This document shows, piece after piece, positions 1-13,175 of a DNA stretch of 64,000 nt. The position numbers were made by a program, and so were the translations under genes. The notes beneath the pieces are model-generated. The model worked only from the letters and a program-made list of their open reading frames with translations. It ran no database searches and was not told the origin of the DNA. Origin of the DNA: Pseudogymnoascus verrucosus (lineage: Eukaryota). Position 1 is the first letter of the stretch; each line of letters begins with the position of its first letter. The DNA is taken from the NCBI GenBank assembly GCA_001662655.1, contig KV460238.1; one strand, 5' to 3'.

Positions 1-3000
1 AGCCGGCGTTAACCACTTAAGAATTGACATTCTTAAGTCGTCTAGAAATCCCGTCGCAGCTGATGGTCCAGCGACCACGCGAGAAAGCTGTATTGGGGAG
101 GAAAGACTAGAACTCAAACTAACTGCGTACGCCGCGGTTCAGAGCTGGGATTTTTTTGGGTTTCGTTGACGTCTTGTGCGGTGTTTGGAATGGGGAGAAG
201 GGGGGGGGATATAGCTTGAGATGGAGGAGGGGGTGAGGGAGTAGTAAGGAGGGGTTGAAATGGGGCAGTGGATGGATTGGAAAGTTGATGCTGGGGAGGT
301 TGTAGAGTAATAGATGAGAGATGCTCGTGATTATAATCTGAGTGAGGCGCTGGGAGGGGTGAGAAGCAAATGGATGGTTGATAATGAAAGTGCGAAACTT
401 AGCTGTGATATACCATCCTTATGTGTGCGATGAGACGTGGCCGAGTCTGTAAAAACGTACAGCGAGATTCCCTCAAATCAATGCCGTATTCTCGCCGATT
501 TATGGTGCATGCGCACGCATCCTATATAACCGACCAAGAAGCCAACACCTGCTCTCGCTCACCAAATAAAAGCGATGGAGAGCAAATCTATTGTCGTTCG
601 TTATTTCCACCACTAGACCACTGCGCGTTAACAGCCGCCGTGACGTCCATGCCCAGCCTGCAATATCGAGCTCTGACAACCCCCCCCCCCAAGATGGCGG
701 GAAACCAAACCGACGACGTGAAGGAAGCGGTGACAAGAATGCCACAACGACAGCAGCACCATGAACCGACAACACCACCCTCCCCCCCTCCGGTCCCCAC
801 GGAAAGCAACACCAGGACACACTAGCGGGAGCGGGCCTGCATGTTCGTTGCTGCGAATTGGGAACTCCTTGGCGGAGGGAGACTGAAATATGACTTTTGA
901 GGAGGAAGAAGCGAGATGGTGGGGGGGTATATAATTAGGCGGGAGACGGTGGATGGATGGATGGATTGGGGGGGGGGATGCTAATGTTGATTGAATGAAT
1001 GGTTGATGATTGGATTGGGGATATATATTATTTCGTGTGGTGCATTATTAGTCGCTAAGTTATCTGGGTATATGGGAAAGAAAAGGGTGGTATGTATCCA
1101 GAGGCGTCTTTTTTCGTATACAGCTTCATCTGAAGGAAGTCCTCCCAGCTATCTTTAGAAGCGTGCGTCTATAGAGTGAGATGAAATCCTACAGCTATGG
1201 AGGAAATGGTAGGATGGTCTGGAGGCGGGATTTATTAGAGACAGCGAGCTGGGTTTCGATAGCATCAAGATACCGTCGAGTATTAGCGGGATCACACCGT
1301 ATCCAGCATCCCGAACCTGAATTATATACGTATACAATATAGCATCTCATCGCGAAATAAATTAGTAGAGTGACGTCATACCCCTTTCTCACCATGAACG
1401 AAACTGCGGCGAGAAGAAGGACCGGTCGGCGACAGCAGCTTCTCCGGTGACAACAACCTCCCCGGCGACAACAACCACCCCTTCCCACCGAACTAACCCA
1501 CGGTAACGAGAATCCCCCGGCAACAACATCCGCCTCCCCGACAGCAAAAGGCCGATAAACCGCCGTCCTTTGCACGATCAAGCTTCTGATACCGGTGTAC
1601 CCTCAGCCTCGATCCTCGGAGCGGAGCGTAGCCAGGAACAGGAACACACGCCGTTCGTCGGCTTGTGGCCGTGGCTCGTGGCGCGCGGCCCTCGGAGATG
1701 TTATATTTAGGTGGATCGATGGAGGGAATTTGGATGTCTTGGATTATGTAAGCTAGCTGGTTTCGCCACAGTTCGCCGTGGCCGGTGTTCAGCGTGGGAA
1801 GCGTGTGAAAGCGGCAGTGTTAGTAGTGTGTGGCTACTGTGTGCTGTGTGGTAGTGGTAAGTGGTAAGTGGTAGGTGGTAGGCGGCAGGTGGTAGGTGTG
1901 AGGTGTGAGGTTAGAAAGGTGAAGTCTCTGACAGCTGTCAAGGCCCGTGCCCCCGTCGTTTCCGTCGTATGGCGTATTTTATTGTTAGTAGTTAGTAGTA
2001 GTGAGTAGTAGTGAGTAGTAGTGGGTAGTAGTGGGTAGTGAGTGTGTCCACAGCAGCGTGGCTGTGGTGGGTGTGGTGGGTGTGGTTAGTAGGACTATCA
2101 CATGCTAAACATGTGCGTAACTGGGTGGATGGCGATTGATCTACCAGCCACAATTGATTTGAGAGAGATACAGGATTTTATTTTCCTCGTACTGCTCTGT
2201 AGCATTGTACTGTACTGGTCTGGTAGTAGTTACGGGTATGGATGGGTATGGGTATGACTTGGGTATTGGGTATTGGGTATGTCTACTACTACTACTGGGT
2301 ATTGGGTAGGGTGGCTGGTATGTCCGGGTATATCTATCTGCGGTAGGACTATTACGATCTCTTACTGTGGACTTCCCTAGACCCCCAACCCAGACTCCCG
2401 GGTGTCTAGACCTCCTTGGCTGTGATGGATTGTATGGATTGTATGGATTTGGTAGGGCGTTAGGGCGGCAGTATATGTAATGGCGTCTAAGGTGCAGCCA
2501 GTGGGAGTCGGTTGAGTGTGGTAGTGGGTTGGTGGTTGTAGTCGTATAGTCGCGGTAGCAGTAGTTGTTCTAGTAGAGCAGGTCGCACCTTCACATGCCA
2601 GCGATAAGATCTCTTCGTACTTCGTATGTCTGTATGTATGTATGTATGTAGTCGCACTATCTATTCCTGTCTCATCGATCGATCCTGTCTCATCCTGCCC
2701 TTCCCTGCCCAACTTGCCCTGTCTTGCCCGTACCGTTCGTCCCTGCTATCTTATCTATCTCCCACTCCTAGCAGCATCGCCGTTAAAAATCCCACCCCAC
2801 CGAACGCGTATGGGAGGAAGTACTAAACAGGGTAACAGGGTAACAGGGTAACAACCGCATGGCTTCGCCGCATCGAGAGGCTACTGCAGACTACATCTAG
2901 GGTACTATCGATGTCGTCTCCACTTAGCCACTGAGTATAGGGATATCTTTGGATATCTTTGCATCCAGCGTCCATCTAGCATCCATCCATCTAGCCAGGC

Positions 3001-4313
3001 CTCCAAACATGTGTATAGATATACATTACCGCTGGCTGGTGGGTGAGGACATCGATCGGGGGATGAGATCACCGTTTGAGCCACACACACCAACACCAAT
3101 ACCAGCATCAGGTATCCAGTACACCTGTAGTATCTATCTATCAATCCTACCCCCGTTACCGTCCCGTACATACACACATACGCACGCAATATAACGACAA
3201 CGACAACGATATCGGAAGGATCGGGATCGGGAGTCCATCACTTACCTCACTCACCCCCTCTACCCACCTTCGCGCACCTTGCCCGCTCTGCCCTACCTGC
3301 CGTCCCCCCGCCGTTCCTCCCTATCCTGCCTCCGTCCTTGCAGCCGTTTCACACCCTCACCACTCATACCCCCAATCCCAATCCCTAATCCCTAATCAGC
3401 CTCCTCTCCTCTCCTCCTAGACCACCCTCAGACACCCAGATACACTGCCGTTTCTATTCCCCCCTCTCCGATCTTACTATACCAACCCCTCCGATCTCAC
3501 TCCTCCCCCCCCTTCTCCGGTATGCTAGACACGACATCCCGTGTTCTACTATCGAACATCGATCTAGACACCCTATCAATCAATCGATCAATCCCTCCAT
3601 CCAGCCACCCTCCTCCACCCACTCCTCCACCCCTCCATCCCATCCCGTCTTCCCAATCCTACACACTGCAGCTATCCTCAAACGCCGTCCGCATCCCCCC
3701 CCCACCCTCTCCCCGTCTACAGTATCCCCATCCCATCCCGTCCCATCCACATCCAACACAATATATAACCCCCCTCCCTCCCCCTCCCCCCCACCCCCCA
3801 CCACCACCACGAACGACATCTACACATCCATCCATCCATCCACACTCCAGCCGCCACCATTGATCCATCAGAATCCACACCCACAGCCTGAATCCACCAT
3901 CCCTTCTCCAAAAAGAGAGAGGAAAGCTCGGACCCACATACATACCTGCCAAGGTACGTACCCATCCCACCTTGGAGTACACCACAGCTTGTCTGGCGCG
4001 CACACCCTTGTCTGCAGAAAGGAAGGCTTTCACATGCAAGCCACGACGGGCCTTATCACATTTCAACTTTTTTTATTCGCCTCCCTCTTATCTTGTTACG
4101 ATTTTCGTGGCAAAGAAGGGGAGAGTATATATATTCTTCTATCCCTCCAGTTGTGGTTCTGATTGTACTTTACTCACTCTTACTTTTGGTTTTATTAGAT
4201 CCAGCAGACAAGAAAGACAGTTGAAAGGATAGACGGATAGACAAGAAGCATATCTTATCATCACGAACACAAGCTAGCTATCAGAAGCTATCAGCAAACA
4301 ACCAAACACAATC

Positions 4314-4932
4314 ATGTCCACCAACGGCATCACCACGGACGAGAAGTCCAACGGCACCACCACCAACAACGAGAGTGTGGTTTCGAAATCCCAATTCCTC
4401 TCTGTACGTCTCCTTCCCCCCAATCCCCAAGACTCGACGACCACCCTGCTAACACCCCCCCCAGCACCTCCAAACCTACCCCCTCCTAACCTCCGCCTAC
4501 ACAACCCTCACCACCCACCCCTACGCCGCCACCCCCCTCTCTCTCACCCACCGCACAATCGACACACTCACCCCCTACGCCACCCCCTTCGTCACCCCCG
4601 TGGCGCCATACGTCACACCTTACCTGATCAAGCTCGATTCGCTCGCTGATTCCGGATTGAGTGCGTTTGATGCCAGGGTGCCTGCCGCCAAAAAGCCAAC
4701 TTCTGAGCTGTACGAACAAACCCGCGAGTTGGCTCTTACACCATACACATTGAGCAAGGAGGGGAGCGATTTCGTCTGGAAGACTTATGAGGGAGAAGTC
4801 AAGCGCGCGGATGCGAAGGGTGTTATTGGCTACAGCAGGGCAGTGGTCGGAACTGGATTCGTCGTCGGTGGAGAAGTCATTCACTGGGCGAGGGGGGAGG
4901 GGAAGAAGGTCGTTAATGGGGAGAAGGCTTAG
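4314..4932 (+). CDS. CAP20: Perilipin-like lipid-droplet protein (CAP20/MPL1 family); exons 4314-4403, 4465-4932; probable 5'-UTR intron ~3954-4198
   Basis: Removing the GTACGT..CTAAC..CAG intron (4404-4464) gives ...SQFLSHLQTYPLL...PYVTPYLIKLDSLADSGLSAFDARVPAAKKPTSELY, which matches the CAP20/perilipin pattern. Confidence 0.8.
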
Positions 4933-6945
4933 AGAGGGTATTTTTGGCCTGGGGATGGGAGAGAGGGATAATAGAATTGGAAGGGGAGCGCTTGATGCGC
5001 GGATTTGACAAGATCGGATTGGATGGGAGGATGTTTGATAAACCACAGACAGACGGGATTATTGTTTATTGTTAATAGGCGCGTGTTCATAGAATTCGGA
5101 AATCCAAAAAGCCTTTTCTTCACTCACCCTCAGTTCACCTCATCCCATCTTCCCATCTCACTTATTGCCGTGCCGTGCATCGTTGCGGGCGAAGGGGACA
5201 CAGTAGCGAGCGGGAGAACTCGGGCGCGGGACTCGGAGAGTTGTACCCGCCACGGATGCGTGGGACCCGGGGGAGTATGTAAACCCCCCGGCAGAGGGGA
5301 ACGGGACAGCACCACAGACGGCAGGAAAGAGATAATGCCGATCTCTTGATGTTGTGGGTGGGTGTTGGATTGGGGTAGGGGGTGGATTGTGGGTCTGGTG
5401 GAGAGGGGAGGGGGTGGTTGTTGTTGTTGTTGTTGGTGTGATGGTGTCACTATTGGGCGTTCTCACTATTACCTATTCCCACCGTCGAGACTTCTAACTA
5501 CCGGCCCACACACAAACACCTAGAACTGCATAACCCCCTCACCAACGTCTCGATCACCACCCCCAGCCCCTAGCCCCAGTCCCGGTCCCTCGTCCGCGAC
5601 CCCCGCCCCTGAAAGTCCAGAGGCGAATCCGGCACTCGTTTCTTTGGGCTGATGCCTCCCTCGGGAAGTGGAGGAGGGGGGTTATATATCATGGTATGGG
5701 ATGGGATGGGAAGCTGATGTGAGTCTGGCTTTGGTTTGCTCGAGGTTTTCTGAGTGCGAGTGAGTGTGTGGAGATGGTTGGCCGGGGGGGGGGGGATGAG
5801 GTGAGGGGTTTTCAATGGCCTGATATTGAGGGATGTGTGGGATGGGGGATAGAGGGGTGAGAGGTGAAGGGGAGATGGTGGGGGGGGGGATATAGTGATG
5901 GAGAGGAGTGATGAGGTGGGAATGTCATTATAATACGTAATCATGGAACCGTTCAATGCACACACACACGCGTTACATACCCTGGAAACCAGGACATCTC
6001 TCTCGTGCAGGTGCTTTAGTGGCTTTGGTTATGAATCTCGCCACTAAATAAATAATGGCTCAAGGAAGATGGTGAGAAGATGCGGATATGTTGGAAAATG
6101 CTGTTGCTTGCTGTTGTCGCTGCTGGCTTCTTGCTGTCGCTGGGCTTCTTGCTGTCGGCAAATCCCCGCCGCCGTTAGCAGCACTTCACCGAAATCGAAA
6201 CCACCTAGTTAGTCTTCTTTCTATCCATCGGAGTCCCACAGCCAACAATTCTTTCGTCGTAGGATGCCCTTTGACTCTTGTTCAAGGATAATCAGGTCTT
6301 CTGCAGTTGCGTTGGTGGTGAACGAACCAGTCGGAACATCTCGATCGAAAGCCTCTTTTAATGTTTTCATGTGCGTAAAAAGCTGTTCCTTTCCTTGTAT
6401 TTAAAATCCTCAATATCGTTTCCTTCGGTGTTGATCTTAGACTAGCACACGAACTTATTAAAATCCCCAATTCCCCAAATTCATAAACCCCACCAACCAA
6501 ACCCCCTCACCCCGCACGAACAACCCCACTACCAAGCACTACCAAACTGCGCCACAGCACCTATCACAGCAGTTCCACAGTTAATGAGCCACAGTGCTAT
6601 CGTGGCGTAACTCGATCACTGAACAATGGGATCGTAGCGTGTTGTGTGCGATATCGATCGATAACTCCGAGGCCCGACCGCGCACATCTCCGATATATAA
6701 TAATTTTCCCAAACCCAGGGACGACCTCAGCAACTACTTCCACCAACAAGACAACACACGACTCACGATCTAGACGAGCGCGAGGAGAGAGAAAGAAGCG
6801 CAGAGGATATATTAACGAACTCAGTGCGCACACAGTAGCTGCACACACGAACTCGCCGACTGGAGGTCGAGAAACTCGGATATACCACCATCGCGCCTGC
6901 AATCCCCCCCCCCAACTCGCGCGACACCCAGCCAGAGCCGCGACG

Positions 6946-7701
6946 ATGAAGCTCCCCCCACGCATCCTCTCCACGGCGCCACTGAGACGAATCGCGCGCC
7001 CAGCGGGACAACGTGTATTTGCCGCGCGCTCGCGATATGCTTCTTCTACATCACCACTATCCTCGCCATCTCCCACAACTGGACACACCGACGCGGCGGG
7101 GCAGTCGCATTCGCACACACACTCACAACAACCGGCGCAACAGCCAAAAACACACTACACCCTCTTCCCCCTCACCCTCCCATCCGGCCCTCCCCCAGCA
7201 GGGGAATTTGCGATAGACCTCCCCTCCCTGCGCAGGGAGTACCTCCGTCTCCAAGCCGCTGCGCATCCAGATGTGCACTCTGGTGCTTCAAAGGCGCGCG
7301 CTGAGGCTATGAGCGCGGTGATAAATGATGCGTATACGACGCTGAAGGATCCGTTGCGGAGGGCTGAATACATCCTCTCCCTCCACGGCATCGACACCAA
7401 GAAAGAAGGAGAAAAAATGGGCGGAGGTCTCGGCCTGGGAGTTGAAGGTGGGATAGGGGGAGGAGGAGGGATGGAGGATATGGAGTTCTTAGACGAAGTT
7501 ATGGAGGTCCGTGAAGCGGTTGAGGGGGCGGAGGAGGGGGAGTTGGGGGAGTTGGTTAGGGAGAATGGGGAGAGGGTTGCGAGGTGTGAGGAGAGGCTTG
7601 GGGAGATGTTGGGGAGGGGGGAGTGGGAGGGGGCGAGGGGGGAGGTGGTTAGGTTGAGGTATTGGAGGGGGGTGGGGGAGAGATTGGTTGAGAGGACGTA
7701 G
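6946..7701 (+). CDS. JAC1: Mitochondrial Fe-S cluster co-chaperone HscB/Jac1
   Basis: J-domain THYTLF...LRREYLRLQAAAHPD...INDAYTTLKDPLRRAEYIL and HscB C-terminus (FLDEVME...VRLRYW). Arg/Ser-rich presequence from the ATG at 6946; the upstream part of the ORF-track call is probably UTR. Confidence 0.92.
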   Translation: MKLPPRILSTAPLRRIARPAGQRVFAARSRYASSTSPLSSPSPTTGHTDAAGQSHSHTHSQQPAQQPKTHYTLFPLTLPSGPPPAGEFAIDLPSLRREYLRLQAAAHPDVHSGASKARAEAMSAVINDAYTTLKDPLRRAEYILSLHGIDTKKEGEKMGGGLGLGVEGGIGGGGGMEDMEFLDEVMEVREAVEGAEEGELGELVRENGERVARCEERLGEMLGRGEWEGARGEVVRLRYWRGVGERLVERT

Positions 7702-7777
7702 GGAGGAGGAAGGGGTGGGGTGTATAGTAAGTAGGCAGTTGTTTTGTGGGGTTTGGGGTGGGAAGTGTATATAGTTA

Positions 7778-7965
7778 GGAGATGAAGACGTGGGCTGTAT
7801 ATTTGTTATGGAGATGGGATGTGTAGGTGGTATAAGCTATATAGGCTGCATATTGATCACGAAGATGAATGTGTAGGTGTAGGCTGTATATTGGTCATGG
7901 AGATGAAGACGTGGGCTGTATAGACTGTATACTGGTCACGGAAATGTAGATGTGTAGGCTGTATA
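7778..7965. repeat. Degenerate short tandem repeats between the convergent 3' ends
   Basis: GGAGATGAAGACGTGGGCTGTATA occurs at ~7778 and ~7900, with related GATG..GTAGG..CTGTATA units between and after. Confidence 0.55.
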
Positions 7966-8099
7966 ATGATAAACGAACGACGAATCGTTCATAGATAAAT
8001 CGCGTACTGTATGAAAGGTATATATACAACAAAACATCCTGTCACTCCCATCTCTCACCTCCCTACTTCTCGTCTACTTGCGGACCAGCCGCCACCTCC

Positions 8100-8738
8100 C
8101 TACAACCCAAAAGCCGCCGTCGCCCTCTCCCAATACGCATCCCTCTCCGCCGACTCCGCAACACCCACACAGCCCAAATAACTCACCCACCCCGCCTTCC
8201 CCCCCGCCTTCACAGCAGCATGCACATCCGGTCCACACTCCGTATTATAGAACCACGCCACACTCCCCCACCCAAACTCATCCCCCTCCACCAGCGCCAG
8301 TATCTGATCTTTCTCCGCATCACTCAGCGCATCCGCCTGTCTCCCCGCCGCTATCGCCGCAGCAGCGTCTTTCGTCTTGTCGAGACTCAGCGCGTAAGCC
8401 AAGTTAAAGTTGGGCATCTGCATGTTCCGCGTCCCTTGACCGGGACGGCCGGGGAAGTGGTTATGGCTGAATTTGAATTCGCCGGATTCGAAGGCGATGA
8501 GAGCCAGGAGGGCGGCGAGCTCGGGGGGGGAGTAGACGGCGTTGGAGGCCATGGAGGAGATTAGGAAGGGGCCGGCTTGTTCGGCGGTGCGGCATTCATC
8601 TGGGAATGGGGCCGAGGCGCAGGTGGATGATGTTGGGGCGATGGAGAGGAGTTGCGCCAAGGCGGTGGGGAGGGGGGCGGCGAGGGTGGGGAGGGCGAGG
8701 AGGAGGGGGGTTAGGGTAAGGAGGGTGGTGAGTTGCAT
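8100..8738 (-). CDS. Small secreted protein, possible lysozyme-like fold
   Basis: Signal peptide MQLTTLLTLTPLLLALPTLA; four Cys; motif ALIAFESGEFKFSHNHFPGRPGQGTRNMQ and SVAWFY. Confidence 0.8.
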   Translation of the reverse strand: MQLTTLLTLTPLLLALPTLAAPLPTALAQLLSIAPTSSTCASAPFPDECRTAEQAGPFLISSMASNAVYSPPELAALLALIAFESGEFKFSHNHFPGRPGQGTRNMQMPNFNLAYALSLDKTKDAAAAIAAGRQADALSDAEKDQILALVEGDEFGWGSVAWFYNTECGPDVHAAVKAGGKAGWVSYLGCVGVAESAERDAYWERATAAFGL

Positions 8739-9668
8739 GGTGTTGGTTGGTGTTGGTGAGGTTTGTTTGTGTAACTGGAAGGTGTTGTTGGTTTGGATTT
8801 TGTTGTTCGAGTCTCGAGTAGTTATGTAAAGAGTGATTTGAGTGTCTTTGTTTTCCGAGTATGTTACTACGAAAGAACTGGTCTGGTTCGGACAAGGGAG
8901 TGAATAGCACAAGTGTATGAATGAATGAATGTAGATCGAGACCCCAGGGCTTCTTTCAAAGCTGCCGCTCGTCTATCGTGTTTTGGAGTAAAGGAGTGAG
9001 AAAAGTAACTTGTGCGAAAACTGTAATAGTCGTACAGAAGAAAGAGAAAGAGAGAGGACAAGAGGGAAACAACTCGAAATATACAAGCCTTCCAATAAGC
9101 CTTCCCTAGCCCGTCGCCCACCCGTCCCCCGCCCCTGACTTACCGTAAACGCGGATCCTGCGCCTCCTCGTCCGTTCCTACAGCGGTCTTCCCATCGGCG
9201 AAAGCGCGAATGAGGCAGTTAACACGCATAACAGGAAGGCTGGGTGTCCGCGCCGCCGTTTCAGCTTCAGCTCATGGTCGATCCGGCGCGTTCGTGTTCG
9301 GCGCGGAGAAATGATGTTACGGCCGCCTTGGCCAACCACGGCGGTGCAATGGGTGTTTCTTGAAACAATGTGAGAACTACTGCAGGGGAAGGGGAAAGCG
9401 CGCATAATGAAGTAAAGTTAGGTACATGGGATGGGATGGGAAAAAGGTACGGGAAGTCCGGTTGGGAGGGATTTTTCGATACTATTTCACTATTGGCACT
9501 TGAGGTGGATGAAGGCGCTTAGGTGGGATATATTTCGTTCTTCGCCATATGGGGAATAAATAATAGCGACGCTCACGAGTCGCTCAATAACTAACCAACG
9601 CCTGTAAACCGGGCACACCGCCATTTATGCGGCGCCTTTTTTTGGGGGACCACTGCGACCACTGCGCC

Positions 9669-11732
9669 TCAAAACACACTGCCACGCACGGATTTTTCCT
9701 CCCTGTCATTTTCCTCCTCGGAGGACTCGACGTCACGTTTACAGCGGCCGTCTTCGCATCCACCGACATCGCCGCCAGCTCCTTCGAGTGCATATTGAGG
9801 ACTAGCGTACTCGACTCGTAATGGCTGTTTACCTTCATCAAAACCCCTCATAGTCTCCAATGCGCTCTTGGCTTCTGCAATAGATGAGAATGTGATATAT
9901 CCATAACCCATGAGGTTGCCAGTGTCACTAGTTAAAGCGTCAGTAAGAATTACGTTGTACAGGCGGGACAACTCACGAATCAGTTGGGATTCTGACGCTC
10001 ACGATAGTACCGTGAGCACCAAAGGCCGCGCCTAGCGTCTCCTCAGTATGTCCAGTCTCGATGTTGCCGATGAAGAGCGTATCGGTCTCTGCGTCGCCAT
10101 CACTAGAAGCCTGAGCACGCGCGCTGGCGCGATCATTTCGCCGTTGCTGACTTCCATTCCCCTTCAGGCTCCCACAATTCGCGCATGCATCCAATTCTTC
10201 CTCACTCTGGTCCCCAAGGGTATTTGCCCTCGCCCCTCTCCCCATCCCACTATCTTTATAGCCCCTCTCCTTCTTCTCCCTCTTCGATTTCGTCCGCCGC
10301 CGGCCGCCGTCCCCTTCCCGCCCTAGACCCTCTGTATCGGCCTCTGCCTCGGCGTCGCTCGTTGCGCGGCTCGTACTGCCGCTCGCTGAGCCTCCGAAGT
10401 CACGACCTGCGTGCAGAACCGCGGCGACGGCTTTGTCTCTTGGTTTAGCGCGGTGGGCGGTCAGCTTGTCTGTAACAAACGCCTCAGTCGGTTCGGAGAG
10501 TAATATGCCGTCCAAGCTGCGCTGGATCCCCGCTACCTTGCCAGTCCCGTTTTCTTCGCCGCTGCTCTTGCTGTCGGACTTGGACGGATTGGATAATCTC
10601 CCACGTGGGTCATCCTCGTCTTCCTCGCTGCTGCTCTGGAAGCGCTTATGGAATGCGCGGCGCACCGGCGGCGCCTCCAGCAGATTGGTTGACGAATTGT
10701 GACTTGCCACGCCATTTTCCCTTCGGTAATAGTACCTCCCGTGATCGCATCCGTTCGGGCAGCCACCCCATTGTTTCCTCTTCGGCACACTTGGGGTGGG
10801 TGGCAGATCCCCTGGCTTCATTCCAGCAACCCCTCCGTTCGTCACGGACATCGGAGATGGGATGGCATCCATTGACACTTTATCCTCCGCGAGCTCCTTT
10901 TCAGACTTCTCTTTCAAGAGACGCTCACGAGCGAGCTCTGACCATGTCCGTAGTTTGTTTTCGAGGATGAACTTGCCGCTGTCCTCGTCCTTGCGCATGA
11001 TCAAGAACTCGCAGTGGTTGACGTTGCGTAGGTCCTCGAAGTACTCGACGGAGAAGTGGTACCACTTCATCAAGAAGACTCGGGACATGAGACCATGCGT
11101 GACTATCCCCGTGTCAGCCATCTCTACATGTAACAGGCTGGGACAAACTCACCCAAGACACAAACACTGGCAAAGTCATCCTCCCCAAACTGCCGCCACA
11201 GCGACTCGTTGAAGCCACTAACCCGATCGTATGCGTCCGCCGCACTCTCCCCATTCGGGATACGGTAGAAGAAATGCCCATAATCAGCACGCTCCTGCCA
11301 CATCCTCTCCATCTCAGCCGAGCAGGGCTGGAAGTTGCCAAAGTCCTGCTCGCGCAGTCGCGGCTCCTCGTACACCTTTATCTTGTCCCTCGGGAAAGAC
11401 GACGGCGACGGGTCGTCCGAGGTCAGCGTGCTGAGAATCCCCTCAGTTGTCTCCCGGGTGCGGCGGTAGGGGGAGGTGAAGAAGTGGAGGGTGTCGTCTG
11501 GTTTGAGGAGGGCGCGGAGCTGGCGCCCTGCTTCGTGGGCTTGGTCCCAGCCATCGTTGGTGAGCTTGACGCGGTGGTCGGGGATGTTTTGGTGGATATC
11601 ACGGTTTTCTATAGGAAGGAATTAGTATTATCCTAGTAAACGACATGGGAGGGCTGTTGAGGGCTAGATGTGCGTACTGTTTCCCTCTGACTGGGCATGT
11701 CTAATGAGGATGATCATGCGTGGCTTCCCCAT
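9669..11732 (-). CDS. Histidine phosphatase (phosphoglycerate mutase family, DET1-like) with an RRM in the C-terminal tail; exons 11732-11678, 11608-11153, 11102-9977, 9927-9669
   Basis: MGKPRMIILIRHAQSEGN, TSPYRRTRET, EPRLREQDFG, GESAADAYDR, VTHG. RRM RNP2 LFIGNI and RNP1 MGYGYITF are joined across a GTGAGT..CTGAC..TAG intron. Confidence 0.88.
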
Positions 11733-12160
11733 CTTTGCTATCCAATTTAATAACCTCGAAAACAAAATATAGAATCGGCAGACGGCAAAGCACAATTTAA
11801 AGAGTGGCTATAAGAGCTATTTGGTGATCGTCGTCGTTTGAGGTATTCCGAAAATAGGTTGTACAGTAAGTTTATATATAGAGGGGAACACCAATTGCAT
11901 TATCGGCGTTTCAAACTGTTATCGATAAGCCCTGTTTGCCAGCGGCGACACCCGCCAAACCTTAATCCTTACCTTGTGGAAACTCAGAATGACCAAAATA
12001 GTTGCCCATCTGCCATCCTCCACCAGAACCTGACACAACTTCTATTTCAGCATCACCCAACCCGCACAGCTGATCACGACACTAACCTCCCACCCCGCCC
12101 ACGCACATCCCCTCACCACGAATCTCCACCTTCCCAACACAAACCAAACATCCCCAAACA

Positions 12161-12748
12161 ATGTCCGAACGAATCCCCGAATCAGTCCCCACCTCCCAGC
12201 ACCCCTCGCACTCCACCTCGCGCCCCAAAAAACGCGCACTCTCCCCCTCCTCCGCCACCGCCGCCAACATCTCCCACCTCTTCGCCAAGCCCGACGCGGC
12301 CCTCGCGCTCGCCAACAGCGCCAGCAGCAGCAGCTCGTCCGCCTTCTCTGCCGCGCCCCCGGAAATCGTCGCGAATGTGCAGGGATCTAGCGCGGGCGCG
12401 GGAAGCGGGGAGTTCCATGTGTATAAGGCAAGTCGGAGGCGGGAGTTTGCGAGGCTGAAGGCGATGGATGAGGAGGTGTTGGGGGAGAAGATGGAGGAGG
12501 AGTATGAGAGGGAGAAGAGGGAAAGGGAGGAGAGGGATAGGGAGGCGACGGAGAGGAGGAGGAAGAAGAGGGAGGGGAGGAGGAAGAAGGGGAAGGGTGG
12601 GAAGGAGGTAGTGGCCAAAGAGGGGGCTAAGGTTGGGGGAATGAAGCCGAGGGCTGATGTGGTGATGGGGGATGCGGCGGGTGTGAGCGTTGCGCCGGCG
12701 TTGGAGGCGGCGCAGGAACAAGGGCTTATTATTCATGACGACGATTGA
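12161..12748 (+). CDS. PRKRIP1: PRKR-interacting protein 1 / DUF1168 homologue
   Basis: Signature PPEIVANVQGSSAGAGSGEFHVYKASRRRE followed by a charged coiled coil. Confidence 0.9.
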   Translation: MSERIPESVPTSQHPSHSTSRPKKRALSPSSATAANISHLFAKPDAALALANSASSSSSSAFSAAPPEIVANVQGSSAGAGSGEFHVYKASRRREFARLKAMDEEVLGEKMEEEYEREKREREERDREATERRRKKREGRRKKGKGGKEVVAKEGAKVGGMKPRADVVMGDAAGVSVAPALEAAQEQGLIIHDDD

Positions 12749-13175
12749 GCATGCCCACTTGAGGTTCCTTACCATGCAAATTTTCCGACGCACCTCCGAG
12801 GCCAGATATCCCGGTCTGTGGAGACTATAGAAGGCATATGGCCTTTGGAAAAGGTGCTGAGTGGATATAGGACATGACCGAAGCACAGCTACGATACTGG
12901 GGAAATGGACGTCACTCCCACCCAGTGTTGCTGAACATATGGAGGAGTGTGATCGACTTCAACCACCGAGAAGCGGGCATCCATACGACAGCCTAGAGCT
13001 TAAATGTATCAACAGACAGACATGTAGAATTAAGAGTATCACTTCATCACATTGCAATCCAGTCCATCCACTTCTTTGAGACCTTCCATTATGTTTACAT
13101 GGGCGCGCTCTATAAGATCATCGGCTTTTCGTACATAACCATTTTCTCTATTTCGCTTTCTCCCATTCCATTTAT

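Noticed and set aside
1..135. Possible minus-strand gene start (ATG at 30, MSILKWLTPA) with a 5'-UTR intron, plus a 10-bp hairpin at 16-39
   Set aside because: Only 10 codons are in the window, too little to support a call.
421..3900. Many short ORFs and microsatellites in the long intergenic stretch
   Set aside because: Low-complexity translations with no recognisable motif; simple repeats are common throughout this sequence.
3970..4065. Possible H/ACA snoRNA in the CAP20 5'-UTR intron (AAAGGA box, AAGGC/GCCTT stem, ACA)
   Set aside because: The first hairpin is unconvincing and such short motifs occur by chance.
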